Source of the DNA: Neisseria dentiae
GTDB lineage: Bacteria; Pseudomonadota; Gammaproteobacteria; Burkholderiales; Neisseriaceae
Assembly (NCBI GenBank): GCA_041827905.1
Contig: JBHALY010000246.1
Location: forward strand, 1-43,713
Length of the DNA: 43,713 bases
Direction of reading: 5' to 3'
Position 1 is the first letter of the stretch. Every line of letters begins with the position of its first letter. Of the stretch, positions 9,069 through 17,576 are shown one piece after another. The notes under the pieces are model-generated. The model saw only the letters and a list, made by a program, of their open reading frames with translations, made no database searches and was not told the origin of the DNA. The translations under genes were made by a program, and so were the position numbers.

Positions 9069-10310
9069 TTATCTGTCTAAGTCTTTTCCCTGATTCATAT
9101 CTCGGGATGCGGCAGGAATATCTTTTGGGATGTCTTTTTGCTGCCCACTGGCCATATCGACGAACGATTGGCAGGCCAACTGCGCAGTCATCTTCTGCAA
9201 TTGCTCCGTTTCCGACTTAAAGCCGGACTGTCTTAAATCCTTAATCAATGCTTGAGATTTTTCAATACCTTCGGCCTGATTCGATAAGGCGGTGCGCAAT
9301 TGCTCGGGTGATGTGCCTTGTTGTGCGGCTTGGTCGTAATCCTTTTGTGCGTTGGTCGTAAAATCCTGACCAGCAACTTCTTTGGCTAACTGACTGATGA
9401 TGCGGGCTTCGGTTTTATTACCCATCTTGTAGAGTTCTTTCGCAATCTTGCCGTACTCTTCCAATATCAGCCCGCGTGTTTGCATGGCCTCCCGTAAATA
9501 TGGGTGTTTCGGTCGGTCGTTATGCTTCAGCGCGTCTATCAGTTCTTCCGCCTGTTGCTTATACCGATCCGGCAGGTCGCCCCTTGAACGGATGAATCGC
9601 ACAAAACTGTTTTCAGGCTTCAGCGTTTTGCCGCGATGTTGGCGCTTGGTGGCCGCGCACAAAACGCCTTCTTCTCGTAGTTTCTCGGCGAAGCGGACGC
9701 GCCATTCGAACAGGTCGGCTTTACGCGGGTTGAGCCGCCGCCCGAACTCGTCGCGCATCAGAACGCACAGGTGGACGTGTGGGTGTTTCGGCTCATTGGG
9801 GTCATGGCTGTCGTGGTGCAGGCCGAATACATACTGGTGCCCGTCGAACTGCTCGGCGGCAAATTTGCGGGCGGCGTTCAGCACCGCATCCGGTGGGGTG
9901 CCTTCGGGCATGGACAGCACGATATTGAGGGCTTCCTTATGCTTGCTTTCCTCGGGAATGCCCAGTTTTTGCCAGTCGTTGACAAATCCTTTCACCGCCC
10001 GTTTGCCGAGCAGCTTTTCGCCGGATTGGTTTTCCAACGGCACTTCGCCGTTGCGCGATACATAGTCCAGGTGGTTGCGGATACCGCGCATTCCTTTTGA
10101 ATTACTACTCAGCCGCTTCGGGATTTTGACCATCACTTCGGGATGTTTGAGGGCGGCGGCACGCAGGTTGGCCAAACCGCTGCCGGCTCTCAGGGGCTTG
10201 GACGGTTTGCTGCGGCCGCCGCCGAAATACAGGCCGCCGTCTTGTTTGGCCTTGACCGATCGGGTTTTGTAACCCAAAAACCAGTCGTCTATTTTTTTGT
10301 GTACGGTCAT
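9069..10310 (-). CDS. Relaxase (MOBP/VirD2-like)
   Basis: PEVMVKI, HLDYVSRNG (catalytic Tyr), NIVLSMPEGT, HHDSH...HPHVHL HUH motif; downstream of mobC. Confidence 0.9.
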   Translation of the reverse strand: MTVHKKIDDWFLGYKTRSVKAKQDGGLYFGGGRSKPSKPLRAGSGLANLRAAALKHPEVMVKIPKRLSSNSKGMRGIRNHLDYVSRNGEVPLENQSGEKLLGKRAVKGFVNDWQKLGIPEESKHKEALNIVLSMPEGTPPDAVLNAARKFAAEQFDGHQYVFGLHHDSHDPNEPKHPHVHLCVLMRDEFGRRLNPRKADLFEWRVRFAEKLREEGVLCAATKRQHRGKTLKPENSFVRFIRSRGDLPDRYKQQAEELIDALKHNDRPKHPYLREAMQTRGLILEEYGKIAKELYKMGNKTEARIISQLAKEVAGQDFTTNAQKDYDQAAQQGTSPEQLRTALSNQAEGIEKSQALIKDLRQSGFKSETEQLQKMTAQLACQSFVDMASGQQKDIPKDIPAASRDMNQGKDLDR

Positions 10311-10325
10311 GATTGAGCCTTTGCG

Positions 10326-10880
10326 CTAGCCGCGCATACGGCGGCGGTTGATTTGCAGCACATGATTTACTTTGCCCACATGGTCATCAATAAACTTTTT
10401 CAGTTCGGCAATCTGCTGGCTGCTCAAAGATGCGTTTTCGCCCGCGTTTAAACGGCGGGCGATTTGATTGATGTTGCGGCCGATAAGCAGCAGTTGGTAA
10501 TTGGACTGATACAGCGTATCGGCTTCATACGCAGACAGCATCGGATGCCGGTAAATATGAGACTGGATAATGTCGCGCGCCACATCATTAATGGTTCCGC
10601 GCCGCTGCTCTGCGGCAGCCTCAAGGTAAGCTCTGTCTTTGTCGGGCAGACGCACGGTAATCCGCCGATTGTGTTTAGGAGGAGGCAGTTTGACCATCTC
10701 CGGTTCAGCTTGTGCCTCCAGCTGCGCCTGTAACAGCTTTTTGGCCAACAGCGATACGCTGGCCTTGCCGTATCGTTTTAGCGCGAGTTCGCGCAGGGCG
10801 TCCAATTCAGTAACGCTCAACCCGAATACGCGGATGGGACGGTTTTTATTTTGAATGTCGTTATCCATAGGAACTTCCAA
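10326..10880 (-). CDS. mobC: Relaxosome accessory protein MobC (start probably ATG near 10868)
   Basis: IGRNINQIARRLN MobC signature, RHH-like ITVRLP...YLEAAA; directly upstream of the relaxase. Confidence 0.85.
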   Translation of the reverse strand: MEVPMDNDIQNKNRPIRVFGLSVTELDALRELALKRYGKASVSLLAKKLLQAQLEAQAEPEMVKLPPPKHNRRITVRLPDKDRAYLEAAAEQRRGTINDVARDIIQSHIYRHPMLSAYEADTLYQSNYQLLLIGRNINQIARRLNAGENASLSSQQIAELKKFIDDHVGKVNHVLQINRRRMRG

Positions 10881-10923
10881 AATAAGGCCCGGCAGTTTTT
10901 TAGCTGTTGGGCGGTAATCAGAA

Positions 10924-11196
10924 TCACCGTTCTAAACCCGTTTCAGGCTGCGGCTCAACGGCGGCATACTGTCTTTGAATGGAATCCCGCACCATAGACT
11001 GATAAAAATTGGTACGGGCCACTACCTGTATATCCGGCGGCAGTCCGGCAACGGTTTTTTCCATCGCGTGCTCGAGCAAAGAGCAGAGCAGCTTTTCTGC
11101 CGAATCGGCGGTGGCCATATGTATTTGGTAGTTATGCTTGGCCGTTTTCAGGCCGCCATGCGGAATATCCGCTTCGCGTGTCTGTTCTTTTTCCAT
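10924..11196 (-). CDS. 90-aa hypothetical protein consisting almost only of the shared C-terminal domain (candidate T4SS substrate/adaptor)
   Basis: ATG at 11196 after TTGGAAAA; gapless similarity to the C-termini of the two upstream proteins. Confidence 0.7.
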   Translation of the reverse strand: MEKEQTREADIPHGGLKTAKHNYQIHMATADSAEKLLCSLLEHAMEKTVAGLPPDIQVVARTNFYQSMVRDSIQRQYAAVEPQPETGLER

Positions 11197-11257
11197 AGTG
11201 TTTTCCAAAAAAGAAGGCCGTCTGAAATATTCAAACGGCCCCAACGGTGGAAGAAAA

Positions 11258-12361
11258 TCAGCGGTCGAAAGAAATTTCGCTTTGTCCGGACGGTTCGGGC
11301 TTCTGAATCTGCCGTAGTCTCTCTTCAACCTGGCTGGTATAAAAATTGATGCGCGCCTGCATCTGCGTCTGCTCGGGCAGCCCTTTAATCAGGGATTCCA
11401 TTTGGGATTCCAGCAGACGGCGGCGTTCCTGTTGCGTCGACGGCAGGGTAAGGGTCTGTTTCACGTAACTGTCTTTGGCCGCCTCCAATTTATCGGAAGG
11501 TGTTTGTGTCGAAGGTAGGTACTGTTTGGCTAGGTCGGGGATGATTTTTTCGGAGTAGTGTTTTTTGGACGAAGCCTGCCCGGCAGGCGGTATATCCATG
11601 CCATGCTCCGCTCTGCCGAAAGAAGTAAAGAAAGCCGATTTGGAAATCAGTTCGTAACGGGATTCGTATCGAGCCGCATTCTTTTCAAACAGCCGGTAGG
11701 CTTTGTCCGCATCGGTATTCTCATAAACAAGGCTTGTCTGAAAAGCACGGAGGCTGACCGGTTCCAATTCTCCGGCGGGACTTTCCCTTAGTACGGGTGT
11801 TCTGACGGGTTCGTCACCCAGTAACAAATAGCGGCCGCCGTCTTTTTCCTTACCTACGACCAAATAAACATCACGGATATGTCGGTTTTGATGGCGGAGC
11901 ACCGTACCGGGCTGAAAGCCGGAATATTTGTCCGTAGGAAGCGGGGGATTTTCAGATTGAGTTGCGGTGTTTTCGAGGGTATTTTTCCGTGAAGAAACTT
12001 CGGTAATAATCTGTCGCGCCGCTTTATCAAAACCGCCGCTGCGGGCGGTTAGACCATCGGCAGAAATACGTCCGTTTACATAGTCTGTAACAGCATCTTC
12101 AAACTCAAAAACGTGCATCCGCAATTTACGCAGTTTCATGTCTGCCTGCCGCAATGCCTGCTCTGCCTTGAGCTTTTCATCTAAAGACAAGCTGTCTTTA
12201 CGCAGATAGGCACGATGCTGTTTTTGGGTGCGCTTAAGTGCCGAATAGTCTGCACGGATAAATTCATCAAAAGACTTACCGGTGAGTTGCTCGATCGTAG
12301 CGGGACGTTTACTGCCGTCGTTACCGTTTTTTTCTATTACCGTATCGTGTTCTTCTTCCAT
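11258..12361 (-). CDS. Hypothetical 367-aa protein, candidate T4SS substrate
   Basis: GGGAG RBS, co-oriented with the tra genes. Helical N-terminus, unknown middle domain, shared C-terminal domain. Confidence 0.75.
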   Translation of the reverse strand: MEEEHDTVIEKNGNDGSKRPATIEQLTGKSFDEFIRADYSALKRTQKQHRAYLRKDSLSLDEKLKAEQALRQADMKLRKLRMHVFEFEDAVTDYVNGRISADGLTARSGGFDKAARQIITEVSSRKNTLENTATQSENPPLPTDKYSGFQPGTVLRHQNRHIRDVYLVVGKEKDGGRYLLLGDEPVRTPVLRESPAGELEPVSLRAFQTSLVYENTDADKAYRLFEKNAARYESRYELISKSAFFTSFGRAEHGMDIPPAGQASSKKHYSEKIIPDLAKQYLPSTQTPSDKLEAAKDSYVKQTLTLPSTQQERRRLLESQMESLIKGLPEQTQMQARINFYTSQVEERLRQIQKPEPSGQSEISFDR

Positions 12362-12418
12362 TTTTCACTCCCGAACAAAAACAGCCCGGAACACTCGGGT
12401 TCCGGGCTGTGTGGTTGG

Positions 12419-15253
12419 TCAACGGCCGATTTCCACTTCAGGCTGACGTTGCCGTTCCTGCTGTTTCTCCTGCCGCTGTTGCTCGTGCTGTAACTGCGGT
12501 GTCTGCGACTGCTCGCGCGTCTGCACCGGAATCTGAATCGGTTTGGGCAGATGCAGGTTGCGCCCCGACATTTGCTTGGCGGTATGCTCGTAGTAGTTGG
12601 TCAGGGCAAGCGTCCGGGCATCGCCTTTCAGATCGCGTATGGTGTCCAGCACGTTGCGCTCGTGAAAGGCCAAAAGCTGTTTGTTGGCCTTGGAGAGCTT
12701 GGCGGCTTTGTTCATATACACGCCCTTTGCGGCAATAAAACCGGTTTCCAGCGCCGCCGCTTTCATCCGCCCGGCTGCCACCGCCACTTCCGAAGGAACT
12801 TCCCCCTGTCCGATACCCTGCAACGGTACACCCTGTTGGGTATCGGCAACGTGGGAAGTGTTGATGGCTGCATCCGACGGGGTAGAACTTTGTGCCATCA
12901 GCCTGTCGGCTTTGGATAAGGCCACCGTATCGGGTTGCCCGGCAACCATTTCCTGTTCCCGCTCTTTTTGCCGGTCCGACACAATCTCCATCTTAAAGAG
13001 ATTGCGGTGGACTTCTTTTTTCTCCATGCCGGTAAAGTTGCCCGCTTCGTCGCGCACAGGCACATCGATTTCCACCGGCTGTTTGCCCAGCGAATGCAGG
13101 TGGATACGGTCGCCGATTTCCGCGCCGCTTCGCTCCATCGCGTCGGGGATGTCCACGCCCCAAACGGTGCGCTCCTTACCGTCCTTTTCCAAAACGATGT
13201 ACGGGCTGGGCTGGTTTTCGGGGTTGTGCTGATACGGGGCATTGCCTACGTTGACAATACGTTCCCCGGGTTCGGCAGTGGCGACGGTTTGGGTGCGGGT
13301 TTCAGACGACCTTTGCCGTTTGTCGCCGGGGTAGGGTGCGGGCGCTACTTTTTCGGCTTCGGGGGTTACGGCAGGGGCGCGCTCGGGTTGCGGCTCGATG
13401 CCGTTTAACGACCGTTCCTGCCGCAACCGTTGCAGCAACGCCAAATCTTCCGGTGTCGGCCGGTATCCGCTGGTGCGGATGCCCTGGCTTTCGGCGGCCA
13501 CATACATCATGGCCTTAAATTCTTTGCTGCCGGAGAGTTTGATGCTGTCCCAGCCTTTTTCTTTGGCCACTTCCAGCATATCGTTGACGGTCTGCGCGTC
13601 GGTTTTGGCGGTGCTGATTTTTTTACCGCTGTCGGTAAACAGAACGGTGGTATGGTTGGCGGCGGAAAGGTATTTGCCGTTGGCCACAACGTAACGGCTC
13701 TTGATGCTGTCAGGCGGAATGCGGTAGTTCAGGTCGGTAACGGGCTTTTTGTGGCCGGTGTCCGCGGTCAAACCGGGCTGCCCGGCTTCCGGCGCGGCGG
13801 CAGGTTCGGGATTCGTATCCGGCTGTGCTGCGGCCGGGGTTTCCTTATCGGCTTGTGCCTTGCCGTCATCGTTGCCGGCCGCGGGGCTGTCTTCGCCGCC
13901 TTGTTCCCTACCGTGGCCGAAGACATGGTCGGGATCAATGCTCTGATACGGTTCGGGTTCCCGTGTGGGGCGCACGGCCGCGTATTCGATAGTGTTTTCC
14001 GGTTCGGCATCGGGTTGTGCCTGAGCGGGTGCGGTATGTTTTTCGGTATCGGGCATTTTAAGCTCCTGTTCCTGTAAAGAAGCCGCCGGAATTTCGGCGG
14101 CTTGGGATGGCGGCTCGGCGGCAGGCGGTGCGGTGTAACCCGACAGGCGGGCTTCTTCGGCTGCCACCGACGCCCAATCAGTTTCTTTGGATGCCGCTGG
14201 ATGTGGTTCGCCGGCGTCCTGCTCCACGTCGGGTGCCGGCTGCGGCCGTATGAATGCCGATTCGATGCGTTCGCGCACGGCATCGATACCGGCCAGTTGG
14301 TGCAGGTCGTTGAAGTCGCTGGGCAGGTTCAGCCCGTTGGTTTTCTGATAAGCCTGAATCTGCGTCATTGTGAATTCGGGCTGCACCGCCACGGCGCGGC
14401 CGCCGAAAAATTCCGCCGCCTGCCGCGCCTTTTGGATACCCGTTTGCGATGCGTCGTTGTCCACCGCCAGCATCACCGGCACATCTGCGGGCAGGTTTTT
14501 GGCCAAACGCTCCGACACAGTAACCATATTGCCGGCGTTGAATGCCACAATCACGGGTTTGCCCGTTGCCTGATGGATACTCGCGGCGGTAGCGTAGCCC
14601 TCTGCAATCACCAGGCCGTCTGAAAGCTGTCCGGCATTGCCTACCACGGCATAACCGCCTTTAACCTGCCCGCCGGACAGGAAACGCTTATGTCCGTCTT
14701 GGTTGATGGACTGGACATTGACGATTTCGCCGCCGTAATACAGCGGCACGACCAAATTATCGTCGCCGCGATAACTGTTCTGCCGCAATCCGGCAACAGC
14801 CGCCGCCGAGGTAATGCCTTTGGCAGTCAGGTAGGGATGGTCTGTGCGGGTCGGGGCGGAGCGGTTCCAAATCCCCCGTGCCGTTTCCTTCGCTTTGGCC
14901 TGTGCGTCGGCTTGTGCCTTCTCTTCTTCCCGCCGCCGCGCCTCGAGTTCGGCAGCCCGGGCCGCCCGCTGTTCGGGTGACGGCGGAGTATAGGGCTTGG
15001 CCGGCGTATAACCGTTTTGGCGCGCATGGTAAAACAACGTGGAGATATGGACACGGCCGGGCTTGAACGACTTCCATGCGGTTTTGGCATCGCGGGCATT
15101 GTAATTGTCGGCACTTTGAGACCAGTTGTCCCAAAGATTGAAACCGTCTTCGCCCATTTCGTCTTTCAGGGCGGCACCGACCTGTATCCATGTGTCGCGG
15201 TCATGGGAATCGATATAGCTTAAAGCGTTTTGGATTTCGTCGTAGTTATTCAT
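12419..15253 (-). CDS. Polyvalent DNA primase: PriCT-2 + Toprim (TraC-like) + LPD7 + further domains
   Basis: N-terminal ALSYIDSHDRDTWIQVGAALK...WS...W.SF (PriCT-2). Toprim AEGYATAASI...AVDND...SDFNDL. LPD7-like FTDSGKKI...AKEKGWDSIKLSGSKEFK. APYQHNPEN...RTVWGVD domain. Start ATG 15253 with GGAG. Confidence 0.85.
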   Translation of the reverse strand: MNNYDEIQNALSYIDSHDRDTWIQVGAALKDEMGEDGFNLWDNWSQSADNYNARDAKTAWKSFKPGRVHISTLFYHARQNGYTPAKPYTPPSPEQRAARAAELEARRREEEKAQADAQAKAKETARGIWNRSAPTRTDHPYLTAKGITSAAAVAGLRQNSYRGDDNLVVPLYYGGEIVNVQSINQDGHKRFLSGGQVKGGYAVVGNAGQLSDGLVIAEGYATAASIHQATGKPVIVAFNAGNMVTVSERLAKNLPADVPVMLAVDNDASQTGIQKARQAAEFFGGRAVAVQPEFTMTQIQAYQKTNGLNLPSDFNDLHQLAGIDAVRERIESAFIRPQPAPDVEQDAGEPHPAASKETDWASVAAEEARLSGYTAPPAAEPPSQAAEIPAASLQEQELKMPDTEKHTAPAQAQPDAEPENTIEYAAVRPTREPEPYQSIDPDHVFGHGREQGGEDSPAAGNDDGKAQADKETPAAAQPDTNPEPAAAPEAGQPGLTADTGHKKPVTDLNYRIPPDSIKSRYVVANGKYLSAANHTTVLFTDSGKKISTAKTDAQTVNDMLEVAKEKGWDSIKLSGSKEFKAMMYVAAESQGIRTSGYRPTPEDLALLQRLRQERSLNGIEPQPERAPAVTPEAEKVAPAPYPGDKRQRSSETRTQTVATAEPGERIVNVGNAPYQHNPENQPSPYIVLEKDGKERTVWGVDIPDAMERSGAEIGDRIHLHSLGKQPVEIDVPVRDEAGNFTGMEKKEVHRNLFKMEIVSDRQKEREQEMVAGQPDTVALSKADRLMAQSSTPSDAAINTSHVADTQQGVPLQGIGQGEVPSEVAVAAGRMKAAALETGFIAAKGVYMNKAAKLSKANKQLLAFHERNVLDTIRDLKGDARTLALTNYYEHTAKQMSGRNLHLPKPIQIPVQTREQSQTPQLQHEQQRQEKQQERQRQPEVEIGR

Positions 15254-15332
15254 AAATTTTCTCCAAAAGAAGAGGCCGTCTGAAAACATTTCCAGACGGC
15301 CTATAAGAAATTTGAATCAGGCTGTATAAACA

Positions 15333-17576
15333 TTATTCAAATACTATTTCTTCATTAAGCTTATTGTAAATTTGAACTTGAGTTTCTACCTGCAATTCGT
15401 TCACTAGCCACCCCCTCAACGATGCCTGATGAATAAACTCTTCAATTCGATTGACACCTTTAAGTTCTTTTAATGTTACAACTACACCAAATCGTATTCC
15501 TTCTCCATCTCTTTTTTTAAGGCGTTCAATGGTTTTAACACTCATTCCCCATTGTGGATTGGATGGGTTAAGAATAGATTTTGCTTTCTTCCTCGGTGTA
15601 AAAGGCTCACGAATATGCTTGGTATTATCCCATTTTCTAAAAATAGCCCGTGCGGATTCTTCCCTGATATAACCGGGAGCATCATCGAAATGTTGTCTAT
15701 CATCATTAATTGCCCTTATCCCATTAGAATCCAATCTGCCGAATGTTATATTCAATTCTGTATTAGTATAATCTACCCCTTGATTGCGTGAACATCTAGG
15801 GAAATAGCACATTGTAACTTTCGCAACATAAGGATACTTGCCATCCGATATGGGAACTGGGAAATTATAATTATAAGAATCGTATTTTTCCGAAACATCT
15901 GAAACAATAAACTTAATTTCATCTTCAGGGGTAGAAAGAATTTCCTCCATTTTGATCGGAATTACCCCATTGCCAATCAAAACCATTTCTTCAAACGATT
16001 GTTTAGTATTCCAGCCTATTGCGGAATCAATTAACAAAGCTTTTGCTTCTTCACGTTTTAGCCCCATAATATAAATCAAATATGCTAACTTCCTTGCAAC
16101 AAGAGGGGCTGCGTAACTCGTTCCTGCAACTCTTGCTGAACCCAATGGTTCACATACATTAATAAAGCCTCCATTTCCACCACCATAGTAGGCAATATCA
16201 GGTTTTGTAAAAAATGATAACACGATGCCTTTTCGGGAATAACTTGCCGGTTTACCTTCAAAATCAACTGAATTAACGATCAGTGAATTTAATGAGTCAG
16301 CAGGGGAACCGATCTTCGTGCGTTGTCCATTACTTATTGCCCCATTCGTGCCAGCAATAACAAAAATAACATCATTTTCAAATTGGATTTCATCTAAGGC
16401 GGCAGCTTCAGCAGAAATAAAATTAGCCTTTATCTCATCGTTAGATCCAAGTGATAAATTCCAAACTTTGATATCGTTATTTTGTGACACAATTTCTTTA
16501 ATTTGTTTAATAATGTTAAACGAATTAAATCCACTGTGCAGAGATACACCAAAATGACGAACTTTAAACCGGCCACAACCATCGTCAAGATGTTTGTTTA
16601 AGTTAGGGGCATCTACAATTAATGATGACACTGCTGTCCCGTGTTTATAATCAGCTGGTATTTTACGGATATCATCAGATATCAAATCATGATAGTCAAC
16701 CCATTCACTAAAATAAACCCTAGTGTCAAATAATGTGTCAATAACACCTATAATTGGCTCGTTTTTAGGAGAAGGTATAGGTATTTCTACCTGCTCCTCC
16801 ATAGTCTGAAATTCTTCCGGTGATAGTGATGAGAAATTCTCAACAGCCATTGAAACTAGATAGGGAATTCTTGAAAGAACTATTTCAACATTTTTTTCAT
16901 CAAGTAAAGCAGTAGTACTATCTAAGATATTAGCATTTGATACATCTATATTGATCTTCGCTAAGAGATCATGAATATCTGTTTTAACATCATAAAATGT
17001 AATAATGGAATTTTTCAGATTTTGCTTTTCTGCTTTGTCAATATCAAATTTTTCAACATAACAGGAATCTTTCAGATATTGCTTAAAAGTATTTTTTTTA
17101 AAAGAATACTCATCATATCGTAAATTATCGAATACTTGTGAATCGTTAAAAACCTCAGCAGTTATTTCGCCATTTGAAAATGATTGTTGAAATAATGTAA
17201 TAATTTGGCTGGAAATGGTAATAGTTTTATCTAGAGTATCTCTAGAAATATAATGAGTAATTATATGTTTCGTTTTATCTGAATTGAATTTCGCACCAAC
17301 TACCGTATGAGTTGGTTCAAAATTATTCCCACCATTTAGATAGCCGTTTATACGGTTACTTTTAGCAATAATCCGATCATAGTAAACACTAACTAAAACA
17401 CCATCGATTATTTTATTGTCCCCCCACGTTTCCCTAACCTTTAGTAATGACTCATGAAGCTCATTAAGTCTAGATAATTTAACAACTAAATTATTAGTTA
17501 GTGTGATTGGCCCCATTCTTCCGTTACGTTTTTCTTGAGTAAATTTATTGCCCCTCAATGTCAGAATATTATTCAT
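15333..17576 (-). CDS. ietS: S8 subtilisin-like serine protease (IetS-like)
   Basis: Catalytic triad motifs IGVIDT, HGTAVSS, GTSYAAP, plus NLSLG; no signal peptide; overlaps the ATPase stop (ATGA). Confidence 0.85.
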   Translation of the reverse strand: MNNILTLRGNKFTQEKRNGRMGPITLTNNLVVKLSRLNELHESLLKVRETWGDNKIIDGVLVSVYYDRIIAKSNRINGYLNGGNNFEPTHTVVGAKFNSDKTKHIITHYISRDTLDKTITISSQIITLFQQSFSNGEITAEVFNDSQVFDNLRYDEYSFKKNTFKQYLKDSCYVEKFDIDKAEKQNLKNSIITFYDVKTDIHDLLAKINIDVSNANILDSTTALLDEKNVEIVLSRIPYLVSMAVENFSSLSPEEFQTMEEQVEIPIPSPKNEPIIGVIDTLFDTRVYFSEWVDYHDLISDDIRKIPADYKHGTAVSSLIVDAPNLNKHLDDGCGRFKVRHFGVSLHSGFNSFNIIKQIKEIVSQNNDIKVWNLSLGSNDEIKANFISAEAAALDEIQFENDVIFVIAGTNGAISNGQRTKIGSPADSLNSLIVNSVDFEGKPASYSRKGIVLSFFTKPDIAYYGGGNGGFINVCEPLGSARVAGTSYAAPLVARKLAYLIYIMGLKREEAKALLIDSAIGWNTKQSFEEMVLIGNGVIPIKMEEILSTPEDEIKFIVSDVSEKYDSYNYNFPVPISDGKYPYVAKVTMCYFPRCSRNQGVDYTNTELNITFGRLDSNGIRAINDDRQHFDDAPGYIREESARAIFRKWDNTKHIREPFTPRKKAKSILNPSNPQWGMSVKTIERLKKRDGEGIRFGVVVTLKELKGVNRIEEFIHQASLRGWLVNELQVETQVQIYNKLNEEIVFE

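Noticed and set aside
10881-10923. oriT upstream of mobC
   Set aside because: Only ~43 bp with a weak hairpin and no MOBP-type nic motif (YATCCTG); oriT could not be located in the window.
12409-15223. Overlapping ORFs inside the primase gene
   Set aside because: Alternative frames of a GC-rich, low-complexity coding region.
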